A stretch of 64,000 nt of DNA from Candidatus Woesebacteria bacterium (GCA_044223895.1 JBGALL010000002.1:704-64703), one strand, 5' to 3'; positions 43,532-52,884 are shown, counted from the stretch's first letter. Program-made: numbers and translations. Notes: generated by a model not told the origin, from the sequence alone.

Positions 43532-43972
43532 ATGACTAATTCCTCTCTTTTTGACGAGACCACTTTCTACCCACAGTTTACCAGAGATTTACTTCGCTGT
43601 ACTAGCGAAGTCGTAATTGAATCTCCATTCATAACAGCAGAAAGAATGAAAATGCTATTTCCTATTTTTAGAGAACTTATCAAACGAAACGTAAAGGTAT
43701 TTATTTTTACCCGTGACCCAAGGGAACATTCAGATGGGTACGAGTATCAATCAGAAGCAGAAATTCAAAGATTTGAGGAGATAGGAGTACAAGTCTTTCT
43801 CTGTACTGGAAATCATCATCGTAAACTGGCAATGCTTGACCGGGAAATTCTTTGGGAAGGGTCATTAAACATTCTTTCTCAGGTTAAAAGTCGCGAAATT
43901 ATGAGAAGAATTGACGATAGAGTGACAACCCAGGAAATGTTTGATTTTCTGAAGTTTAGCCGGTTTATTTAA
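43532..43972 (+). CDS. Phospholipase D-like (single HKD) nuclease
   Basis: IESPFIT, HRKLAMLD...WEGSLN; GAGGAGG RBS before ATG 43532. Confidence 0.85.
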   Translation: MTNSSLFDETTFYPQFTRDLLRCTSEVVIESPFITAERMKMLFPIFRELIKRNVKVFIFTRDPREHSDGYEYQSEAEIQRFEEIGVQVFLCTGNHHRKLAMLDREILWEGSLNILSQVKSREIMRRIDDRVTTQEMFDFLKFSRFI

Positions 43973-44018
43973 GAATTTTGGCTGATTCGTGGTACACTTG
44001 CAGAAATAAAGGGAATAT

Positions 44019-44273
44019 ATGAGCAAAACACCAACAGAAGAAGATATTCAAAAAGTACTTAAAATACTACAGGAAACCCAGCCGGAGAAAGCAACCCGTG
44101 AGTATGCCATAAAAACTATCGAAAGCATGAAGTCTATGGCCAGTATGATGGTGGATAGAATTGATGAAGATTTGAAATCAGGCAAAGTTAAGATTAATGA
44201 AAAAGGTGAAGTTACGCGGGACGGTAAAGTGATCTCCGAATCCCCTAAAAGGGCAAAATCTCAGAAGACTTAA
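44019..44273 (+). CDS. Hypothetical small protein
   Basis: 84-aa ORF with TGGTACACT promoter-like site and AAGGGA RBS. Confidence 0.6.
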   Translation: MSKTPTEEDIQKVLKILQETQPEKATREYAIKTIESMKSMASMMVDRIDEDLKSGKVKINEKGEVTRDGKVISESPKRAKSQKT

Positions 44274-44460
44274 TTTTTAAAGCTTTTACGATTTTTTCAA
44301 GAATTTCAAAGGTAAAGTTTTCTTCTCCCCTCTCGATCCGGGCAAAATAATTAACATGAATTTCTGCCCTGTCAGCCACTTGTTTTTGAGTAAGTCCTTG
44401 CTTTTCTCGAGCTTTCTTTAGCTGTTCTCCAAAGGCTTTTTGTGTTTTTGAAGTACCCAT
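44245..44460 (-). CDS. XRE-family HTH transcriptional regulator
   Basis: LKKAREKQGLTQKQVADRAEIH..Y..RIERG. Confidence 0.9.
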   Translation of the reverse strand: MGTSKTQKAFGEQLKKAREKQGLTQKQVADRAEIHVNYFARIERGEENFTFEILEKIVKALKIKSSEILPF

Positions 44461-44472
44461 ATATTTATTATA

Positions 44473-45237
44473 CTATTTCTGATTAGCCTCTCCTATGAGA
44501 TGAGCATTTAACCACTCTTTCCATACTTCTTCGACTTCACCCTTTATTTTCCCAGTGACCCCTGCTTCTTCTGTAAGTTCCCCAGCTATTTTTGTTACTG
44601 TGATTGCAACAACAATTAAGCTAAGCGAAAGATCACTTGTACCGGTAAATTGATAAAGATCGTTGTGAAGGAAGTTGAATATATCTGTGGGTGAAAAATG
44701 ATTTTTGTAATTACCAGCTATATATGTTTGCGAAAGAGTTTTAAACTCTTCTGCTTTAATCACGTTATTAGCAAGCAGTTCTTGAATCATTCCCTCAATT
44801 CCCACCCCAGACCATCGTTGTCGTTCCTTTAGTTTTTTTGGCAATTTTTCATAATCGTCAGTGATCTCTCGAATGAATTTGGGATCCATTTTTGCCTCAG
44901 AAGCTTGTAAATACTGAAGATCCCTGTATGTCTCTACAGCCTTGAAATCAACAAACTGCTTGGAGTATTTTTCTTTCCCCTTCAGCTTTATGTATTCAAT
45001 ATTAATCAGATCTTCAAAAACTCTTCTGCTTAAATCCATGCTTGGATCTCCAAAAGCAACCCTATCATCATCGTCACCATCAGCGAGATGCATGATTGTA
45101 TATAGGGTTAAATAATCCCGTCGTAAAGTCCCCAATATTATTGTGGAAAATAACGATGGCTGATTTATCTTTGTGATTAGTGGGTGTATCACCCGTAGTG
45201 TTTTTTCTGCTAGTTGTTTTGCTTCTGTCAGATTCAT
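44473..45237 (-). CDS. DUF5677-like helical protein
   Basis: LSRRVFEDLINIEYI and Y..GNYKNH pattern recalled for DUF5677; not verified. Confidence 0.55.
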   Translation of the reverse strand: MNLTEAKQLAEKTLRVIHPLITKINQPSLFSTIILGTLRRDYLTLYTIMHLADGDDDDRVAFGDPSMDLSRRVFEDLINIEYIKLKGKEKYSKQFVDFKAVETYRDLQYLQASEAKMDPKFIREITDDYEKLPKKLKERQRWSGVGIEGMIQELLANNVIKAEEFKTLSQTYIAGNYKNHFSPTDIFNFLHNDLYQFTGTSDLSLSLIVVAITVTKIAGELTEEAGVTGKIKGEVEEVWKEWLNAHLIGEANQK

Positions 45238-45247
45238 AATTTAATTC

Positions 45248-46456
45248 CTAAAATTCTACTGCATAGCGAGGTGAAAAACTGTATTCTGTAGGCCGAATCG
45301 ACTCAATCTTGTCACAAATAAACCTTTTTATCGATTGCTTTCCTGATTTTCCTCCAGTTGTGTCATATCCCCAAAAATATTCTTGTCCAACTCCATCTTT
45401 TCTTACATAATATTCCATAGAGTATGGTTCCACGAGACGATCATACCCATCGTAGCTCAGCTCCACCATAGTTAAAGATTGTCCTGCATTTTTAATCGTA
45501 TTTCGTACACCAGAATCAAAATAGCTGGGTACTGAAGAATAGCCGCCTCCATAGCTGCCTGATCTTCTAGGGACACCAAAGGAAGGTATTGCAAATGCTG
45601 GCTGTGGTACTGGACTAGCAATAAGGTTGAACAAATCTTCAATCAAACTATTGAAATTACTTATGACAAAATCAAACTGAAATAAGCTGGTAACGGGAGC
45701 AATTAAAGTTTTCCAAAATGGGCGGTATGTTTCCAGTTGGATGCCCAGTAGTTGCTGTTTCGCAGAGTTCGGTGAGCCTTCATAAATTGTCTTTTTTAGA
45801 AAAGTAGATACCACTTCTGCTCTGCTAACAGAAAATTCTTGCACAATCAGCACTGAATATAATAGATCGAAGAGATCCGATACTTTTTGACGATGGAGCA
45901 AGCTATTGAGTTTTGAAGCGAGAATTTCTTCTGCTTTATGGCACCGAATATCCATCGCACATTCTGAGCTGTCTGAATATGGATGAATCAGAGGTCTCGA
46001 TTGGATCGGCAAGTAGATTTTATCAAACTGCGTAATATCTAATTGTGTTTTGAGCGATATTGTTTCTTCGCCATAAAAGCCTTTGAAATACAATCTTGCC
46101 TCTAAAACGTCCGTGTTGGGAATGGGGACATCCTTTGGACGTACTAGGGTTCGATCTAATTCAAACTGAATGCTTGTTTTTTGACTAATATCTGAACAAA
46201 CCGCATTTAACTCATCATGAAGGAAAGAGACATCTATTTCTTGATCGAGGGAGAAATCCAAATCTTTTGAGAAACGGGTATTGGGTAAATAGCCCTTTCT
46301 TAATCCGTTACCCCCCTTCAAGGTAAGGATGTTGTTTAATGAAGGTCGAGAATAAATTGAATGCAACACCCAGCCAAAGACATAATCTTTTTCAACGTCA
46401 GCGGGGTTAATACTAAATTCTTCAGCTTTGCGATCAATTTCGTCTTTTGTAATCAT
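45248..46456 (-). CDS. abiEii: AbiEii-family nucleotidyltransferase fused to a C-terminal WYL domain
   Basis: VEKDY, LKGGNGL, RFSKDLDFS, EEILASK...DLFDL; C-terminal VELSY...RLVEPYS...YFWGYD...KRFICDKIESI. Confidence 0.85.
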   Translation of the reverse strand: MITKDEIDRKAEEFSINPADVEKDYVFGWVLHSIYSRPSLNNILTLKGGNGLRKGYLPNTRFSKDLDFSLDQEIDVSFLHDELNAVCSDISQKTSIQFELDRTLVRPKDVPIPNTDVLEARLYFKGFYGEETISLKTQLDITQFDKIYLPIQSRPLIHPYSDSSECAMDIRCHKAEEILASKLNSLLHRQKVSDLFDLLYSVLIVQEFSVSRAEVVSTFLKKTIYEGSPNSAKQQLLGIQLETYRPFWKTLIAPVTSLFQFDFVISNFNSLIEDLFNLIASPVPQPAFAIPSFGVPRRSGSYGGGYSSVPSYFDSGVRNTIKNAGQSLTMVELSYDGYDRLVEPYSMEYYVRKDGVGQEYFWGYDTTGGKSGKQSIKRFICDKIESIRPTEYSFSPRYAVEF

Positions 46457-46513
46457 ATAATTCCGTAGGCCAACTCAAGCGCAAGTATACTACTGCAATT
46501 CGAGAAAGGATAA

Positions 46514-47110
46514 TTATTTCAAAAACACTCTCGGGTTTACTGGAATTCCGTTCACCCTCGTTTCAAAATGCAAATGTGGTCCAGTGACCCATCCTGTGTC
46601 TCCTTGGCTTCCTATTAGTTGCCCTTGTTTTATTTCATCATCCTTTGAAACACTTATTATTCCCAAGTGGGCATAAACAGAAGTTATATTGTCTCCATTG
46701 TCGATTATTACATGGTTACCGTAACCCCAAGAGATTCCATCAGCATAGATTACTTTTCCTTTCATAAAAGCGTATACCGAATCACCTTTTTTACCTGCAA
46801 TATCTATGCCTGTATGAAATGGCTGGTAAATACTTGATTCTCCAAACTCCAAGGTAATAACACCCTGGGCGGGCCAGATAAACGGTCCGGAAAGTTCTTT
46901 AACGACTTTTCCATCAAGAGGATTTTTGAGTTGTACAGTGAGGCGGATTTCATTAAAGCCAACTAGGCTGTCAGAAACAATTTCTATGCCTGTTTGAGTT
47001 ATTACTAAAACAGCTAAGACAGGAAGAAGCAATAACGTCAGAAATACCGTTGCAACGTATTTCAGTTCTTTACGATGTGAGAAAAGCTGCCAAAGCAGGA
47101 TAGGGTTCAT
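46514..47110 (-). CDS. M23 family peptidase (conjugation-associated cell-wall hydrolase)
   Basis: HTGIDIA, YGNHV, YAHL, TGPHLHFE; N-terminal TM. Confidence 0.92.
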   Translation of the reverse strand: MNPILLWQLFSHRKELKYVATVFLTLLLLPVLAVLVITQTGIEIVSDSLVGFNEIRLTVQLKNPLDGKVVKELSGPFIWPAQGVITLEFGESSIYQPFHTGIDIAGKKGDSVYAFMKGKVIYADGISWGYGNHVIIDNGDNITSVYAHLGIISVSKDDEIKQGQLIGSQGDTGWVTGPHLHFETRVNGIPVNPRVFLK

Positions 47111-48900
47111 GAAGCAAGATATCTTTCTGCAGGATCTGTGGTAATTAGCGGATGCTCTTTTTCAGAAGCAACGATTTTAATGGCAACGTGGTTTTGATCG
47201 GCAATAATAATTGCTTCACCCCGTTCACAGGTAAGCAAGAATTTTTCTTCATATTCAGAGAGTTTGAATTCTCGGGCGACTCCGGCAATTGTAGTCGTGT
47301 CCTGCCGCATCAGGATACGCAACGAGGCTTGAGAGGCTATCGCCCTGCCATATTGATTACTGAGAAAGTCATTTGCTTGTTGAGAGATGATGGAGACACC
47401 AAGATAATACTTCCTGGCCCGTCTGGTAAGTCCTGCTACAAACCGTGCACTTTCCTCATGTTCTAATAGTAACCACCCTTCATCTATAACCAACATTCGC
47501 TTCTGGGGTTCTTTCTTCACCTGGTTATAGACAAAATTGGCCACAATCATCAGCATGATTTGTCTCAAAGATTCCGGTAGATCTTTAATGTCAAAAACGA
47601 TCAATCGGTTATCTAGTTTAATATTGGTTTGCTTGTCGAAAACGCTCGATAGCGATCCCTTCACAAACTTTTCCAGTCTAGTGACTAAAGTCTTCTGCCC
47701 ATCAGCCTTCAAGGTTTTGTACAGGTCCTTAAGAAGCGGATATCCTTTAGCTCGCGAATTTTTTCCATGCAGGGTGTATCCAAATGTTCTGTATGTTTCA
47801 ATGATAGCTTTATCTAGTACTGCCTTTTCCTGAGAGGTTAATCCGTCAATCATTAAAGAAATGACTTCGGTTAAATCCTGGATATGTTCAGCCAAGTTAT
47901 TTTCGCTTCCATACGAACTAACCGAAAAATCAAATGGGTTGATCTTTTCTTTTGATTCTAAAGACAATCGGATATACGTGCCTCCTAAGGATTCTGAAAG
48001 TTGCCGGTACTCACGTTCAGGATCAATCACAATTACTTTAGTCTTTTGCATCAGTTGACGCAGGATCTCAACTTTGGCTGCATAGCTTTTACCGCTACCG
48101 GATTGTGCAAAAATAATGCTATTGGCATTGTGCAAAGAAAATCTATCAACGATAACAAGAGAATTATTGGACTTGTTAATGCCGTACAAAATGCCTGACT
48201 CCTGAACTAACTCCGATGAGGTAAAAGGAAACGTTAAGGCAGCAGACGAGCTGTCGAGATTTCTCTTTTGGGCCAAAATGTTTTCTCCTCTTGGAAGAAT
48301 TGATTGCAGTGCTTCTAGTTGCTGGAAGCTGGCAACTTTTGTGTAAAAAAGTTTGGTTGCCAGTGCTGTTTCCAGGAGAGTCGTAATCTTGCCAAGCTCC
48401 GATACAGAATCAGTGATAACAGTAGCATAGATGGACACCTGAAACAGTTTTTCCTGGCCTCTCAAGATTCTGTCTTTCAGGTTTTGGGCTGATTCCAACG
48501 GATCTAAAATTTCAGAACCGACAATCTTTCCCTGTTGGGTCATTGACCTTCTGGTTGATTCCAATTCAGTAATTTTTCTCGTCAGTTTGGGAAGAGCAAT
48601 TAGCGGGTCAACTAGTTCAATATGGTAGGAAATATCTATGTTGTGGTTGAAGTTGGATAGCATTGACAGCCAGCCGGTAGAAGCAACATACGGATAACCA
48701 GAAATAAACAACGTCCTGATATATTTGCCGTCCAGCTCAATATAGTTGGTATGTTCTTCTAATCCGGCATAAGAAATCAGATCAATCTGATCCTGCGAGC
48801 CAAACTCGAATTGGCGGACTTGCGTCTTTTCTTTTTGGTGCTTTTGATAGGCCCTAATCCGTCTTTTAACTGGTTTAGGTAGGGTTAGTTTAAATTCCAT
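47107..48900 (-). CDS. virB4: VirB4-like conjugal transfer ATPase
   Basis: AQSGSGKS, VIDPEREY, INPFD, VIDEGW, RRARKY, ISQQ. Confidence 0.9.
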   Translation of the reverse strand: MEFKLTLPKPVKRRIRAYQKHQKEKTQVRQFEFGSQDQIDLISYAGLEEHTNYIELDGKYIRTLFISGYPYVASTGWLSMLSNFNHNIDISYHIELVDPLIALPKLTRKITELESTRRSMTQQGKIVGSEILDPLESAQNLKDRILRGQEKLFQVSIYATVITDSVSELGKITTLLETALATKLFYTKVASFQQLEALQSILPRGENILAQKRNLDSSSAALTFPFTSSELVQESGILYGINKSNNSLVIVDRFSLHNANSIIFAQSGSGKSYAAKVEILRQLMQKTKVIVIDPEREYRQLSESLGGTYIRLSLESKEKINPFDFSVSSYGSENNLAEHIQDLTEVISLMIDGLTSQEKAVLDKAIIETYRTFGYTLHGKNSRAKGYPLLKDLYKTLKADGQKTLVTRLEKFVKGSLSSVFDKQTNIKLDNRLIVFDIKDLPESLRQIMLMIVANFVYNQVKKEPQKRMLVIDEGWLLLEHEESARFVAGLTRRARKYYLGVSIISQQANDFLSNQYGRAIASQASLRILMRQDTTTIAGVAREFKLSEYEEKFLLTCERGEAIIIADQNHVAIKIVASEKEHPLITTDPAERYLAS

Positions 48901-49504
48901 AAGTATTGGTAAACAATTCCTGAAATGTTTTTTGTGTTAAGGGTTGGGTCTTAAGGTGGGTAGGATTGTAAAAACTGTAAAAGAGGTCAAGTATTTCCAA
49001 ATTTCCTAAAACTCTGGTTTTCATCCCTAACTTTTCCAGTGCTTTTGCTACAATTTCACGGTTAAGGGTTAATTGTTCTTTAATAAGGGCAAAGTCCTGC
49101 TTACCTCTATTTTCCAGATTTGGAATCACGATATAAAACTTGCGGGTGAGGATTTTATTGCCTGACACGAGCTTTTTTACAAACTTGGTGTATTCGGTTA
49201 ACTGGTCTTTATATACCTGCTCTTTCTCATGGTTATTGTGGGTCATAAAGTCCTGCAAATAACCATCTATATCAATTTCTCTGGTTCTAATGAGGATTTG
49301 TACCGGACAAGGCAGAGAATTTAAGAAATTTTGAAAGGTATCAATAATCTGGTCTTGTTCTTCTTCACTTTTGAGTTCAAAGTTAACGGCCGAAGTTTCC
49401 AGAACCATCCGGAATTTATTACCAGGGAGGATAAGCACCCCGTCTTTGACTTCTTTAATGTTGATCTGGTTTCTGGCTGGAACTTTGCGTTTAAGTTTAA
49501 TCAT
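48890..49504 (-). CDS. T4SS accessory protein resembling the VirB4/TraC N-terminal region
   Basis: AVNFELKSEEEQ...FLNSL...VQIL...RKFYIVIP; lies between PrgI and VirB4. Confidence 0.7.
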   Translation of the reverse strand: MIKLKRKVPARNQINIKEVKDGVLILPGNKFRMVLETSAVNFELKSEEEQDQIIDTFQNFLNSLPCPVQILIRTREIDIDGYLQDFMTHNNHEKEQVYKDQLTEYTKFVKKLVSGNKILTRKFYIVIPNLENRGKQDFALIKEQLTLNREIVAKALEKLGMKTRVLGNLEILDLFYSFYNPTHLKTQPLTQKTFQELFTNTYGI

Positions 49505-49982
49505 AATTTTTTACCACTAATATTCCTTTTCTTCTGAACCTAAAATTGAGATTGGTGTTTCTGACAATAGACGCATAATCAATGTCTTGTGAGTCCGAAG
49601 TTTGTATTTCTTTTTCGGTTTTTTTAGCTGTTATAACAGCCTTTTGATAAGTTGGTTTGAGAAACTCTGCGTCCCGGGAAAAAAGTGTGTTTTTGGAAAA
49701 GATAAATATATGCGCCCTTAAAGCGTAGGTAGCGAGGATCGTAAGCCAGGAAAGAACTAACCTCCCCTTAATTCGTAAAGAAAGCAGAATAAAGATTGCA
49801 AATACTGTTCCTATCAAAGCAATTTTTACCATGCTAAACATCATCCGTTGTGGCACAAGTGCATAGATAAATGTGTTTATAAACAACGATGAAACCAGCA
49901 AAACTATCTGGGTAAAATTAAGGCTTCCGGCAATAGTGTCTTCTACCGTTGTTACTTGTGCTGGTATGACAGTGGTTCTCAT
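49497..49982 (-). CDS. prgI: PrgI-family (VirB3-like) membrane protein
   Basis: VIPAQV..VEDTIAGSLNFTQ then two TMs, upstream of VirB4. Confidence 0.75.
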   Translation of the reverse strand: MRTTVIPAQVTTVEDTIAGSLNFTQIVLLVSSLFINTFIYALVPQRMMFSMVKIALIGTVFAIFILLSLRIKGRLVLSWLTILATYALRAHIFIFSKNTLFSRDAEFLKPTYQKAVITAKKTEKEIQTSDSQDIDYASIVRNTNLNFRFRRKGILVVKNYD

Positions 49983-51274
49983 GCGTGTACCACCTTTCTT
50001 GGCGTTTTGATTGCCCTGTCTGCAGCCGTAGCAGCAGTACCTTCTTTTTGCTTACTGCTGATTACATTCATAATCTGTCCCGCAGTTTTCTTAATCATCG
50101 CCCGGCCGGAGTTATAAAACATAAGCTGGATCATGAATGATTGGGTTTTAAGAAGTGTCAGTAACAGACCGATCCCGACAAGAATGGAAATAAGTGAATT
50201 CGCTCCCACCTGTTCAGGAATAGTCAGAAATGATGCTGCAAGCTGAATAACAACAACATGGACAAAGATAGAAAAAATAGTAACTAAATACGTTTTGGCT
50301 GAAATCTCGGCAAAGTCAGAAAATTTAGGGATTGCCCAAAGTAGGAATATAAAAGGTGACAAAACAGCACCTAGGGCTATGGCGATCAGACGGGTAATAT
50401 AGAAAAGCAGCAACACGACAGCTAAAACTACAAACAAAATCATAAAAATTAAGGTGATAAAAGCAATCTGGTCTAGCGAAAGTGACGCAGAATTAAAAGC
50501 GTTTGCAATCCAGGCTTGATTTAACCCACCAGTCGCGTTAAATACGGCTGTAACTAGCGTATTTGATAATTGAATAAACGTATCGACTATAAAAATGGAC
50601 ATATTTGCTCCCAGGAAAGCCAGACCGATTCGCGGCAGTAATTGTTTCAGCTCCAATTCTTCAAATCCAAATGTTGAGGCGCTCATAAACTGGAAACCGA
50701 GAACAGCAATAAGGAGAGCAAATAGAGCATCAACAATACCGACAATAACTAGCCAGAAGTTGAAAATAACTGAGTTAGTAGAGAGTAAAGGCGTAGTTGT
50801 CAGAAAAGTCAAAATTGCGTCTGTAACAGGTTTGGTGGCACTTTGAATAACGTTTTGCAAAAGGGACCCAATAGCATCTATCAGCACTTGCGTAAGCCCA
50901 CCCGTGGGTTCAACAGGCTCTATGGGAGCCAACTGTAAATTAGCGCCTCCAGTCGAAACTGAAGGGGTCGTAAGAGCCCCTGAAAGAATTGAAACAAATG
51001 TATTTGCCGAAAGGATTAAAACCAGTCCAATAAGTGCATTCCGGATAGTTTTCTTTGCATTTTCTAAAGAATCAGGTTTTCCGGACGAGGTGATATATAA
51101 GTAACCGCCTTTAATCAAGAAAAATGTGGCAACCAATGAACCAAGAATGGTTAGGGTATTGAGAGCTTGAGAAGTAAACTGAGTAACTTCGGGATTTGTG
51201 GAGACTGCAAATACTGCGCCAGGCGCTATTAAACTAGACAGAACAAGGATAACAATTATAGCTAGTATTCGCAT
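49979..51274 (-). CDS. VirB6/TrbL-like protein with N-terminal pilin-like domain
   Basis: GGYLYITSSGKPDSLENAKKTI pilin-like segment, then polytopic TrbL-like region (YITRLIAIALGAVLSP). Confidence 0.75.
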   Translation of the reverse strand: MRILAIIVILVLSSLIAPGAVFAVSTNPEVTQFTSQALNTLTILGSLVATFFLIKGGYLYITSSGKPDSLENAKKTIRNALIGLVLILSANTFVSILSGALTTPSVSTGGANLQLAPIEPVEPTGGLTQVLIDAIGSLLQNVIQSATKPVTDAILTFLTTTPLLSTNSVIFNFWLVIVGIVDALFALLIAVLGFQFMSASTFGFEELELKQLLPRIGLAFLGANMSIFIVDTFIQLSNTLVTAVFNATGGLNQAWIANAFNSASLSLDQIAFITLIFMILFVVLAVVLLLFYITRLIAIALGAVLSPFIFLLWAIPKFSDFAEISAKTYLVTIFSIFVHVVVIQLAASFLTIPEQVGANSLISILVGIGLLLTLLKTQSFMIQLMFYNSGRAMIKKTAGQIMNVISSKQKEGTAATAADRAIKTPRKVVHA

Positions 51275-51296
51275 TTTTCATTTTTCTTTTCTTGCC

Positions 51297-51623
51297 TTAA
51301 CCACCAAACGCACTTTGAGCTACTTGCGTAACAATATTTGTTAAAACAAAAGCGGCAAGACAAATAGTTAACCCAATGGCTGAATAGATAATCGTCTTTT
51401 TGGCACTTTCCAGTGTTTCGGGATTTCCAGAACTGGTGATATATCTAACTCCACCCCAAACGAAAAATGCAGTAGCCAATGTACCTGCTAGAACAACAAG
51501 AATTTGGACAATATTAGTTATAAAGTTTTGAACTTTGGAAACATCAGCGGCTTGGGCAAAAACAGGAGAGGCAACAATAAGCGAAGTCAGTACTAAAGAC
51601 TGTAAAGCTATTAGTTTTTTCAT
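51297..51623 (-). CDS. TrbC/VirB2-like pilin
   Basis: Signal peptide, TM-GGVRYITSSGNPETLESAKKTI-TM. Confidence 0.85.
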   Translation of the reverse strand: MKKLIALQSLVLTSLIVASPVFAQAADVSKVQNFITNIVQILVVLAGTLATAFFVWGGVRYITSSGNPETLESAKKTIIYSAIGLTICLAAFVLTNIVTQVAQSAFGG

Positions 51624-51772
51624 AAGCTGCCGATTAAAATAAATTCATTAAGGGCAGCTAATGATTGTTATTAGCTCGAAGTATATCAATATCTCGAGAA
51701 AAGTCAACGGATAATGGCCTTGCTACGGTCTAAAAGACAAATTTTGATCACTAGAGTTATAATTAGAGTGAA

Positions 51773-52321
51773 ATGATTAAAAAATCTAACCCAAAAAAGT
51801 TGCCAATTTACATCGCTGTAGGTATCATCGTGATTCTTGGTATTGTTGCCTTTAAGCACAGCGCTACTAACACTTCAATAATTTCGATAATAACCAAGCC
51901 TAGCGAGCAAAGTTTCGAAGCGCCAGGCAAAGACTGGCCTTCTCCTAAGAAAGTTGAGGACTACTTCATTTCTAACCTGCATATGAGCCCGGAAGAAGCT
52001 CAGAGTATAAGATCAAAACCAGGAGTTGACGGTAAAGTAATGTTACGCTTGGGTGACAATACTACTATAGATGTGCTTATAAGTAATTTGGAATATTACG
52101 GATTTGTTAGAGATGAAGCAGCCTTGCGTTATGCCCTAGAACATTCTAATGATACTGTCCCAGGAAAAACATATGCACTAAAAGTTGGCAATAATACAGT
52201 CGATACTTTTGCCTACTACAGAATTTCTGAGGAAATGACTGCATGGGAAATTGCTGATGAATTGCTTAATAACCCCACCAATTTTGCTTATGACGAATAT
52301 CGCTACCTGTTTATGCCGTAA
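51773..52321 (+). CDS. Single-TM protein with segments resembling the MltG/YceG N-terminal region
   Basis: LISNLEYYGFVRD and YRISEEMTAWEIADELL; no catalytic domain. Confidence 0.5.
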   Translation: MIKKSNPKKLPIYIAVGIIVILGIVAFKHSATNTSIISIITKPSEQSFEAPGKDWPSPKKVEDYFISNLHMSPEEAQSIRSKPGVDGKVMLRLGDNTTIDVLISNLEYYGFVRDEAALRYALEHSNDTVPGKTYALKVGNNTVDTFAYYRISEEMTAWEIADELLNNPTNFAYDEYRYLFMP

Positions 52322-52328
52322 ACAAAAA

Positions 52329-52598
52329 TTATTTTTTTTTCAAAAAGTAATTATAAGCATTTGCAAAAATGTAGCCTATTACCCAGCTTCCTCCCACCGA
52401 TGTAACCAGTCCCAGGATGAATGATCCCAAGGACACATTAAAAGTAGAAATTCTGCTGAGATCCAGACCGTGGAACCATGATTGGGCAACAGTCATAGCA
52501 AGATCAGGCAATAACACTACAGCAAGAGCACAGACGATGTAAATTACACCGACGGTAACAGCTGTAGCATTGGCAGTGGCATTTGTTTCATGTTTCAT
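52329..52598 (-). CDS. DUF5676-like membrane protein
   Basis: YIVCAL...SWFHGLD...FILGLV...YN. Confidence 0.7.
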   Translation of the reverse strand: MKHETNATANATAVTVGVIYIVCALAVVLLPDLAMTVAQSWFHGLDLSRISTFNVSLGSFILGLVTSVGGSWVIGYIFANAYNYFLKKK

Positions 52599-52632
52599 AA
52601 ATTTTTACCCCCATTCTTATTTAGTTAATTTG

Positions 52633-52857
52633 TTAAATAATTTCACCCTTCTTTTCAAGCATCATGTGATGAATCGTTGCTATCTGAATCCAGATGGCAG
52701 CAAGAAGAGATGTGATAGAGCAAAGCAACATAATTTCCCTTGTCATTCCAAACCACACCACTCCTGTTGGCCAAAAAAGAACCGCAAAAGCAGACATGCT
52801 CACACCAATAAGACCCATTACAATACTAATGACATGAAGTAATTTTGATAGTTTCAT
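52633..52857 (-). CDS. Small 2-TM protein
   Basis: GAGGGGGTGA RBS, two TMs, IHH tail. Confidence 0.65.
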   Translation of the reverse strand: MKLSKLLHVISIVMGLIGVSMSAFAVLFWPTGVVWFGMTREIMLLCSITSLLAAIWIQIATIHHMMLEKKGEII

Positions 52858-52884
52858 AAGTTTTCACCCCCTCTCATGTTATTT

